Positions 38,503 to 48,800 of a DNA stretch of 64,000 nt are shown here, piece by piece. This DNA comes from Puccinia triticina (taxonomy: Eukaryota), in contig CP110439.1 of assembly GCA_026914245.1 (NCBI GenBank), positions 992,001-1,056,000 on the forward strand. Reading direction: 5' to 3'. A program made the translations under genes and the position numbers. The notes under the pieces were generated by a model. The model searched no databases, was not told the DNA's origin, and was given only the letters and a program-made list of their open reading frames with translations. How positions within the stretch are numbered: the first letter of the stretch is position 1; each line of letters starts with the position of its first letter.

Positions 38503-38708
38503 TAGAAAGGTTGTGTACACATCAAAGGGATATGTACATAAGAAATGAATATGTAAGCATGAAAGGGGAATATGAGAAGGTGTATTAGCATATAAAAGGG
38601 ATATTTACACATGATGAAAGGGGTATGTATGCATGAAATGGGTTTGTATGTATGAAAGGAGTATGTGCAGTAAGCAAAGGGGTATTTGCACATGAAAGGG
38701 ATATGTAC
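38503..38708. repeat. Degenerate minisatellite (~19-bp unit, approximately aaagggRtatgtRYRcatg)
   Basis: Repeated aaaggg(g)(a/t)atgt motifs, roughly 9-10 units. Confidence 0.7.
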
Positions 38709-39822
38709 TTAGTACTAACTGAAACAGTCACTAGTACTCGGGACCCATATGCTCAATGATACTCTTGGCGTGGGGAGGTATTTGATCCACACACTCCTTA
38801 GAGTCAATCTCTTGGTGCGTGGAGGTAACTCCTGCGCGCGCTCTGGAAGCAGTCTCTTGGCGCGTGGAGGGGACTCTTTGGCTGCACGCGCTTGAGGCTG
38901 ACATAGGTGTACTGGGGCGGCGGAAGCAGACATCACTAGCGGATGACGTTGGGTGGAAGCGCCGGGTAGAGACTAACTCTGGAGGCTAGTCGCGGTGTGT
39001 GGGAGAACAGGCATTGGAGATGTGCTAGGCTTGGAGGCAATGCAGGCGGAGTTTGTTAGTGTGGGAAAGAGGGATGCAGACAATGTTGGGTGGGAATGGA
39101 GGACGGTGGTGCAGACGGAGTGGGGGTATGAGATCAGAGGGGGACAGCTTTTCTCGGACTATTGTAGCATTTCTACTTACTACTCTTACGGTACCAAAAT
39201 TCTAGTAGCTGTTTTCTTGTGTGTCACTTTACGGATTACAAGCGTGCGGAGAGTTTTTACCTACCCTAAAAATCATACCTTTTGCGGAGTTTTTGCGTGT
39301 GGAAGCGGAGCATTTGAATCCTTTGTGGACTAGGCGGATTGTATCAGACTCACAGAGGAGTGCTGAAGGGATTTGTATGTTGCGGAGTTTCAGTGTTGAC
39401 TACCAAACAAGCCCGGAACTGTCCTAGAAGGAAGGCAGACGTTCAACTTGAACTATACGTCCCGCTTTCTATTTGACACCGCCTTCCTGCACCCCCCCTC
39501 CCCCCCCCCCCCCCCGGGGATCCCCCAAGCATGGTCCGCGCGCACAGATGTCAAGAGCTGCGGAAAACTCTTGCCGCTGCGGCTCAAACTCTCAGAGCAT
39601 CTGCATACGTGGCTAGATTAGCCTGGGCTAACTAGCTTGGATTACAATTGGAATAGGCTAATTTGATCAGCCATGCGCATGGGTGGGGATTAGCAGGTCC
39701 AAGGCCGTCAGAGGTTATGTGTTTAGTTGTCTTTATGTTATGTGTTTGGCACCTAAACACATAAATTTCATGCTAACAAGCATGATGAATATTCATTTTG
39801 GGATTAGTCCCAGGATTAGTGG

Positions 39823-40161
39823 CAACAGTGGGCCAATACACTAACGTTATTTGTTAGTGTAGTGTATTTTAGCCAAAACCAGCTAACAATAACAACATTT
39901 TCTGTTATCTTGTTTTTTGTGTTGCTAACAATACAGGAACTTGCCCAGGAAATAGTGATGGATAACAGAAATAACTGTTATTGTATCCTGTTAGTAGCAA
40001 TAAAAGGCCTGTTATTGTTGTTATTGCTGTTATTTCCTGTTATTGTTAGTATGGATACTTGTATCTCAGATAACAAATAACATGAATTTGGGAGTCAATA
40101 AAATGGCTACACTAACAGTTATTGTCCAATAACGTTAGTGTAGTGCAGTGGCCCATTGCTG
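39823..40161. mobile_element. MITE (339 bp), same TIR family as 2528/4992, 7-bp TSD
   Basis: TIR caacagtgggcc / ggcccattgctg; TSD ttagtgg at 39816-39822 and 40162-40168; interior made of taac/gtta motifs. Confidence 0.85.
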
Positions 40162-40285
40162 TTAGTGGGGTCTACATTTAGACCCCACTAGCTCCAAACG
40201 GAGCTCCGGGTCAAGTTGATCCCCGGTTGATCCAACCCAATGCGGGTGCGGGGTTGAACTAAGTGCCCTAATCCGGGCTAACTTA

Positions 40286-40426
40286 CACGGTGAGGAATTT
40301 ATGTTGCAACACCCAGACGAGTTCGTTGGGGTTGCATCCGCAGTGACTGTGCAGCTTGCGCAGTGACTGCGCGTGATTTCGTCTGGGTGTCGCACGGAAA
40401 AATGCGACACTTAACTCTTCACCGTG
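40286..40426. mobile_element. CACGG-terminus CACTA-like MITE (141 bp)
   Basis: TIR cacggtgaggaatttatgttgca / tgcgacacttaactcttcaccgtg; inner inverted repeat acacccagacga / tcgtctgggtgt; flanks tta and ttc (2 of 3 match). Confidence 0.65.
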
Positions 40427-41131
40427 TTCGTGCCCGGTGCGGATGGTCTCAGAGTTTGCGGCCAAAGTCGCAAGCTCTTTTGGGCTAACTTTAGTTCATT
40501 TCTCTTCCCTACATAGTTGAGGCAAGGAAGGGGACCCCCCTTCTTGACCTCTCCATCCCGCACTTGCCGCGGGGCGCTGCACCAGTGCTCCGGGGCAAGT
40601 ACTAGGTGAGAGAACGACAGCCGAATGGATTGCGGGGGAGCAAACAGGTCTGTACATGGAGGCGGCTAAGTGGGAAGCCCTGATGGATCGGAGCTGGGGC
40701 TAGGCTGCTTCAGTCATGCAGCACAGTGTCATGCAAAGACACACGCGCAAATACACCCGGGAGATTCATACATGAATCCCCCATTGATAGAAGTTCCCAA
40801 GCTCATCGCTCTGAACTTCCTCTCTCCGTGCCCATGAGAGACTTGCCCACTTCAGGTCCATTCAGACCCAACTGGCGTACTCCCAAAGCAAGCTCGGCCG
40901 CGCAAAAGCAATGACTAGGATACAAAAACTAGATGAAATTACAACTGAATACAATGTCCTAGAGTGCTTCGCACCGATACAAGCGTTCTAAACCTCAAGC
41001 AATTCCATCAACTACTGGAACACACTGCTTTTTCCGGAAAAAGTGCTATCCTGGCTATGCGGAGAAGACAGAAATCACAAATTTGCAATGGGAAACTGAA
41101 GAAAAGTAGCTGAGCAACATCACTGGCGGGC

Positions 41132-42713
41132 CTAGATTTTCTTGGTCGCTGGGACAGTGAATTTGGGCTGTTCGATCTCTTTTCCCGAGGTGGCGAAGAC
41201 GTTTGAGAAGAAGACATGTTCCTTGTTGATATGTGGCTAAGGGAGACAGCAGCACATGAAAGTTGTCAGAGAACGCACACTTTTCTCAGAGTAAAAATAG
41301 ATCAGACATGGTGGCAGTGGCTTTGCGCTTACTTGGAAGCCGTAGTGGGGGGTATCCCATGTTTTGTCAGCTGGGGTCTTTTTGTCAGCGAGGGGGCTAG
41401 CATTGGCAAAAGTGTTGCAAAAGAGCACAATATTCAGTCAGTTTTTGCCAAATCAAAATGATGCTCTCCTTTGGGATACACAATGAGGAAGCAGAGCAAT
41501 GAGAATCAAGCGCACAATTTAATCAATTGAATGTGGTATTCTCCCTTTTGCCTGATGTCTGGAGACATTGCTTTGGGGTCATTGGCCGTGGGACCTGAAG
41601 CCATCTTCAGAGGATCGGTACCGATGGAAGAATAAACTGTAAGGGTGCTGATAGGAGAGAACATGTTGCAGATACGAGCGATTGTCAATAATCTTTGCCC
41701 CAATAAATAATCGCGCAGCGGATCTTTCAAAACTTACTTCTTATCCCAGTCAACGGTGACGGCAAAGTTGTAGCTTTGGTCATATACCAGGGGAAGCTCG
41801 AGTAGCGTCTTGGTGGTCCAGTCTCGCACTCTGATGGTTTTGCTGTTGCTGCTGGGCTTGTGTTCGTAATTTTTGGCGTCAAAGTCGGACCCGCAGAAAA
41901 TGTCGAAGACATGATCACCTGGTTAGGATAAAGATTAGCGTCATGAAATGTATGACTTGTGGATTGATGAGTAGTCTTACCTGTCTGCAACGATTAAAGA
42001 AAGCAAGGAGACAAGTCAGCACGTTGTTAGGAGTGGGAATCAGGATTGAGAACTTACAGGACCTTCAATGCTAGCCAGAAGGTATCCATGCTCAAGTACA
42101 AGCGGAGCATCTGAGGCCAATCGGATCGTCTACGGATAAGGATGCTTTGGTTCAGCTGCTGAGTCTACATTGCGAGTAGCGCTCTGGCGAGAGGCAGCAC
42201 GCACCTGATACCAGGTTGTGGTCCCAGAGAGAGTGGTGGTTCTGTCAATGACAGGATTGACATCCGTTCGTCTGCCGAGGCAAGGTAGATAATATGTATT
42301 TAAGTAAATGGCTAAAAACAAACGGCCGAGTAGAGGCATCATTACCTGAAACCGAATTGTGGAGGGCCGCTGCCTGGGACGAAGATTGAGTTGTCGAGAA
42401 TCCTCAACTTTATTTCAGGCGCCGAGTTATCTGGTTGCAGGATTTTAACATATCTAGAAGCCTTTGAGGCACCTTTGACAATGTATGCAATGAGTTTCCT
42501 CAGAGCCGAGTTGGTGTTATCCAAGTCTTCAGTTTTCATGTCGGGAGTGATCTTGAAATCGAAGACCCGTTGGGGAGCACCAGAGCCGGACTCTGCGTCG
42601 AGGCCAATACGTGTCCCCTCGGCTCTTGCCTCATCAGCTGGAGCAGCAAGCGAAAGACTCGCGAAGAGGAAAATAGCCATGAGGATGGCCCGTTGCATAT
42701 TTCCGGCTAGCAT
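41132..42713 (-). CDS. Secreted glycoside hydrolase family 131-like beta-glucanase (catalytic domain only)
   Basis: Signal peptide; ILDNSIFVPGSGPPQFGFR|RTDVNP, LASIEGP..DHVFDI, YNFAVTVDWDKN|TLTVYSSIGTDPLK..GPTAND..GEYHIQLIK..HYGFQ match the GH131 layout as I recall it. Confidence 0.72.
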
Positions 42714-43526
42714 CGTTGAGAGGGGTTAATCTGATGAGACGAGAGAGATCTTGAATGGAGAACTGGTAAAAGACGACCCGCAACTGAAAGAAATGTAAAG
42801 ATTAATGCGATGGAAAAGGCAACGCTGAAGATTAGATGAGGAAGTGGAGCAGGGGCAACAACCCTCTACTTTTTATAGGCCAGTACCTTGCAAGCTGGTC
42901 TGCCAGGGGCCAGGAAGGGTGACTTGATTGCGGAGCCGGTTTCGCGGGGTGCAGATAAACCACATCCTATCCATGGCAACACAAGGCTTTAGGCTTGCAT
43001 GTATTAAGGCTTTAATCCTTCGACCCTTAATTCAATCCTCGACGGGGTATATTGTACACATTGGGACCGCATACTACGGTAGCCCATCCACTGCTGGGGC
43101 TAACCCAAACCAGCCGCGCTGGATACCTTCCTGACAGCCCCATCCATTCGGATCGGAAAGCTTCTGCAACACCTTCCAGGCGCTACAACGGTCGACGCCA
43201 GAGAGGCTGGCCGTGTGTATCTACTATCGATGAGGCACACCAGCAACACTTCTCCCTGGGTGTAAAGTTTACCTTGTCTCGGAGACGGCCCGGTGGCGGG
43301 AGACGCGTGCGGCCCGAACTATGTAACTTAGGCCCCGTTTAAAAGTTGTCGACCCAGGTCGGCGCCATCTTGTACTCAGGTATGGCGCGGGGCCTGTACG
43401 GCAAAGCAATTTTGGATATGCTGTACAGATGCCGGGGAGCAACGCGCCGTTCCCCTCTTGCGGGGCCCAGGTGGCGCCCCCGACCGCGTTAAGTGGGCGC
43501 CCCGATCGTCCGGGTGTGTAGAAACA

Positions 43527-43637
43527 CGAGCTCAACTAAGCCTCTCGCTCGGAGGGTCGGGGGGGGGGCCGACCCCGCGTCCCGAAGGGACGGAGAGCGT
43601 CCCTTCGGGTTCGGAGGCGCTTCGCGCCCCCCCGGAA
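43527..43637. repeat. GC-rich multi-hairpin dispersed repeat, copy B
   Basis: Shares ~57 bp with 34542-34599; stems gggtcgg-(g)n-ccgaccc, cccgaagggacg-gagag-cgtcccttcggg, and an imperfect third stem. Confidence 0.75.
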
Positions 43638-43906
43638 GGAAGGGACTTGTGTTAAGAGCATCCTGATGTTATCTCCTCCGGCTGGCTGAGCCGCAGCCGA
43701 GTACGTGACCCCAGCCACAACACGGGGCTGCCTCCGGGGCTCTCACTGGGTAAGCTCGGGGTCCCAGGGGGTCCCGCGAGCAGCTGGGCTCGGCGGCGGG
43801 CCGGCGCTCAACCGCCGCCGAAGACCAGATGCTGCTCCGGACTATCTTGAACGCTCGGAACCATCTCTCCACCGGCCCCGCCATCATCCTCCACGGCTCG
43901 ATCCGA

Positions 43907-44967
43907 ATGTCTTCAAGCCTCAAGTTCTCGAGCTTTGATGTCACGTGGGTCAATATACGTCGCACTTGCTGAACACATCTTGGGCCAGGCAGTCCCGTCG
44001 TATTGGCCCCACCGAAGCAAGACATGATCTGAAAAGCTTATCATGACCCCCCGAAAAAACGTTTGATTTCATGAAACAGGAACCAGGTCTTTTTCCGGTC
44101 TGATCACTCGTTTGCGATAGTCAACCTCAAACCGATTGCACCGGGGCGTAAGTTGAGAGTTTAGGACAGCATCATACTTCATTATATTCTCTTCAGCTTT
44201 TTGCTGCAATCTGATAGTGGAGAGTTGACTGTATTCAAAGCATCATAAACAAACAAACATAAAACACATCACCCCCGGATACACAGATGTCCTGGTGATC
44301 CCTAAACGAACCGAAGCGAAGCGACTTGCAGATCTCAGTCGGGATGAAGTTGCCGACCTTTTCGGCTCGGTTCAACGAGTGGGCTCGGTCATGGAATCGG
44401 TCCACAAAGCCAGCAGTCTCACTGTGGCCATCCAAGTGAGCCATCTCGCTTTCAAAAATATCTGTATACGCTCTCTTCTTCAAGCAATTACATGACCCGG
44501 TTAATGTGGGACCGTTTTCTTGGCGGGAATCTGCTCGATAGGATGGCCCGTTTGCTGGACAATCGGTCAGTTAGACACTCGTCCCCACCATCATCCCTCA
44601 GTGGACTTAACATATGCTGATTGGTTGATCATATCACAGGTCCCACACCTCCACGTGCATGTTATTCCCAGACGCCCCAACGATTTCGTTCCGAATGATA
44701 AGGTTGGTGTTTTCCCAACACCACACCACATTTCTTTCTTGTCTTATCTCCCTCGCTGCAACCCCTTTGTGAATTGGTCGACTGAGAACAAGATTTGCGC
44801 AGATCTACGATCATCTGAATCGATTCGATGGCTCCACTGCCAGCAATGACCAATCTGACAAACAGCAAGTAAGCCAACTGAAAATTGACAATGAAGAACG
44901 TGTTGCACGCACACAGGAGGACATGGAAGAAGAAGCCAAGTCATTAAGTCAACACTTTCAAGCCTAG
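43907..44967 (+). CDS. HNT2: HIT-family dinucleoside triphosphate hydrolase (Fhit/Hnt2)
   Basis: Spliced MSSSLKFSSFDVT|NQVFFRSDHSFAIVNLKPIAPGHVLVIP...IQ|DGPFAGQS|VPHLHVHVIPR (histidine triad)...RTQEDMEEEA. Confidence 0.9.
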
Positions 44968-45827
44968 ATTCCTTTGTACATTAATCACAATCCAATGTAC
45001 ATATTCTGTCGAGTCATGCCAGATTTGCCAGCATTGACACCACCCAATTTCAGCCTGCTGCCATTTTCACTTGTTGCAAGGCTCCTTTGTACTCCCTGTG
45101 AATTACGAACTGGCTGTAACTCTATGAAAAACGAGAACAAGAGAAACTATCATAGTTACCTGGGAATAGTTGTCCATCCCGAGACTGTACCACTCCACTT
45201 TATACACATGAGAGTTGACAGGAGGGCTGTTGCACCAAGTTTCAGCTGGGACCAATACTGGCTCCATAGCATAGATGTAGCAGGGCCGGAGAAGAACACG
45301 TCACAGGCATGGATGCAGCTGTCCGCTCACATTTTCTCAAGACCTACTCTGATATTCAAAGCACAAGAACGAAAACCCAAAAATGATCGCAGCATCCAGC
45401 AGCAATGCTCTTCTGGACGGGCCGGAGAGCTGACATGCGCATCTCATGCCAGAAGCCTGCCCCACACCTTATGAACAGACACACTAGGTCTGCCGAATCC
45501 AGTCGTGCAACCAGCCAACTCCACAAGACCCTGCATAACGGATTGTTTTTTAGTTGAAAGATGAGGCCATTTCAAGCGTCGAAGCAAAAAAATAAATAAA
45601 TTACCGCACGCCCAAAAGGAAAAAAAGGAAAACAAGAGTCAGATCACCACCACCCGGCCCACCCCAACGCCTCCCCGCGCCCACAGAAAAGAGAAAGCCT
45701 AGAAGACAGCCCGACAGAGAACCCCAACGACAACCCCAAATAACCAAACAGATGCACACCAAAAAAACAAAAAAAAACAAGCCACAAAAAAAAGAGACAA
45801 GGCCAGAACAGAAAGGAAGAGGAGATG

Positions 45828-48800
45828 CTAGTCGGTCCAGGAGCTGAAGTCGAGGTTCTGGGCCAACAAGTCGACGTCGAACATCATACTCGAGAGTCTC
45901 CTCGTCGTCGTGGTCGCCGACATAGTGGGTGTCGAAGTGGATGCAGGATTAGGAGGGCCGGGCGTGCTGGCGGCCGACGAGGGAGATGAGGAGGAGGCAG
46001 CAGGGAGAGGGGCGAGCGAGGCGGGCGTGGTGTTCGAGGTTGCGGCGAGAGGAGCGGGCGATGTGGAGGGATGGGAGGGCGGGAGCGGGTCGAGGAGCGG
46101 CAGCGGGGCGGGCGCCGGCGTCGAGAGAGTCGAGGCTGGGCCAGTCGTCGATGAAGACGAAGACCCAACAGTCGTCGTCGTCGTCGAGTTCGTTGTTATC
46201 GATGTCGATGGCGGGGGCACGACGAGCGGGATCTTGCCGCCGGGGTCGTCGGGAGCGGCGGAGGGTGCGGGAGCGGGGACGAGCTTGGCGATGCGCTCCT
46301 TCAGCCGCTTGATCTCGCGCAGCCGGGCCCGCCAGTTACTGACGAACTCGAGCTTCCTCCGGCCGGGATGGAGATGGAGTCTGAGCGGATTGGGATGGTC
46401 GTCCTGCGTCTGCTGCGCCGACGCCGACGGGGCCGGGGCCGGGGAGCGGTGGTCGGTGCCGACACAGGCGAGATAGACCTGCGAGAAAGTGTTGCAATGC
46501 AGCGAGAGACGGCGGACGAAGTCGGAGAGACAAGAGCTCGAGATCATCTTGAAGTTCTCGGCGATCGGGCCGATCTTGGGCAAGCCTTTCTTGCGCTGAA
46601 GACTGATCTTGAAGAACTTGAGTTCCTGCTGGACTCCGGCATGCAAGTTGAGGGTGGAGTTGATGGGCGTGTTGGGCTCGATGATGATGTTGATGAAGTT
46701 GAATTGGGACTTCAGACAGTCGAAGCGGTACTCCTGGCCGGAATCGTTGAAGACGATGACCACAAAGTCGTTGCCGATCAACGCCTTCTTGGCCATGATC
46801 GGGTCCGGGCCCGAGGGCTGTTCGTCGCGACTCGTCGGCATCAGCGTGGCGATATGGAAGCAGATCTGCGTGATGTCGTCGCCCCACATGTACGCAAACT
46901 TCCCATTAGAGTCGTTCTTCGAGTCCAGTCCTCCCGTGTTATAATGTTCGCACCCCTTCAACCGCACCAGCTGGCCGAGCGAGCTCAGGAAGTTGATGTA
47001 CGCCTTCGAGCCTTCCCGGTTCCCCAAGATCTCCTCCTCCGTCGTCTGGCCCGGGCCCACATAGATCACCCCGATCTTGTGGAAATCCACGACGGGCAGG
47101 TAGTCGATCATCTCGACCGCCCGCTGAAAGATCGGCTGGTCGGGCACCTTGAGTGGCCTGAAATTCGAGGGCGAATCTTCAAGCGTCGGGCTTCCAAGAT
47201 CTCCGAACGGGAACAGTTGAAGGGCAAAGAAGCTAGGCTCAACCGACAGGTTGGTGTAGTTAGGCTCGATGCCTGTCGTCCGAGTGATTTCTTCAGACTG
47301 CTCGAGGACCGACTCCAAACTGACTTCTCCCCGGGGCTGGTGCGGGGATCGATCACCAGGAGGCTTTTCAGCCTTCTGTTGCTGCTGAGCATCAGCCGTT
47401 TCATCTCCCAAGCCATCATCTTCCGGAGCAGCCGAGTTCAGCGTGTCCCGGTGTCGGATCACCATCTCCAAGACGTCTTGCTCCGAGGCGCCATAGTCGC
47501 CGCTGAGGTTCTCCAATTCCCAGATCATCTTGACCATTCCACTCGGTCGCTTCACACAGACCTCCGTCCAGCCAGGCCGACTGAGACATTTGATGGTCAG
47601 GATCGAGTTGCCGATGATCCAGCTGGTCGTCCGGACCGACTTGCCCAGGGATGAGTTGATGATCTGATTGAATTTGGACTGCTTCATCCTTGGTTTCGGC
47701 TCGGCATTCGAATAGGTGTACCGATTCAGCATATCAAAGCACACTTCTGTAGGCTCGTCAAGGCCCTGCTTGCCCTCACACGCTTGGACGAGCTTGCGGG
47801 TGATGAAGGTGACATACTTCTTGCGTTCCGGAAGCTTGAGTGAGACGAACCAGAGCGCAATGATGTAGAATGCCATGAAATAGACGTATTGCTGGAATGC
47901 CAACTCGACGTCCTCGGCGAGCGAGATTTCTGATGTCGAGATCCCAGCAGCCCTTGGGGGTGTGTGGTGGTTGGCGGATGCGTGTGCAGATCGGGACTCC
48001 TCTAGCTGCTGGAGTTGATTATGGGTGGTGATGTATTGTAAGGATATACCGAAGATCATCTTAAACTCTTCCTCTGTGAGATTTGCATAGAGCGAAGGGA
48101 TCTGACCCAGAAAGCCCAGTAGCTCTAGAATGTGGACCGAGACGAAGGCTGAGGAGACGATTTTCGTCAACCCACGCAGGATCTCGGGAAGGAATTTAGT
48201 GATGGAAGGTTGTAGCTCATGGCAGGCTAGAGAGAGTGCATGGATGCAGGCCTTGGCGGTATCTTTGTACTTGCTCAGCCCTTTGACAAACGCGCCGACC
48301 ATCTCATCCGCTTGCGATTTGTCAAAAAGCGCCTTGTATGCGATCAAGGTGGAAAGGGTTTGGTAGGAGATCGCATGTGCATCGGTCAACTTGACCCTCT
48401 GACGCGGCGGGAAGCGGACTTGGTGGAGCAGGGTATCAGTTTTGATTCCGCTGCAGAGAAACCGGCGTAATTGATGGATCTGCTGTGAGGCGCGGGGCTC
48501 GCAAGTGAAATGTTTATTACTGAGCTGGCCAGGCAGGTGGCAGAGTACATAAGAGACCAGTTCCCAATCCACTTCGTAGCGCAGGATGGCGATCAAGACT
48601 GCCAGGTAGTCGGGGATCGGCAGGATGGTCATGTGCCGAACGACGTGATGACAGGTACTGGGACTGTTGTTCTTGACCGAGAGGTGATCCTGAGAGGGAT
48701 CCCAATCTTTGCGGACGATGTGGTCGTACGTGACCAGGCAGTGAGTTGACTGGGTTTCAATCTTGGGCTCCCATCCAAACTCATTCAAGTTGTCTGGAAC

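Noticed and set aside
45884..47654. Long plus-strand and alternate-frame ORFs (e.g. 428 aa at 46368-47654)
   Set aside because: Shadow ORFs of the GC-rich TSC2 coding sequence; no independent motifs.
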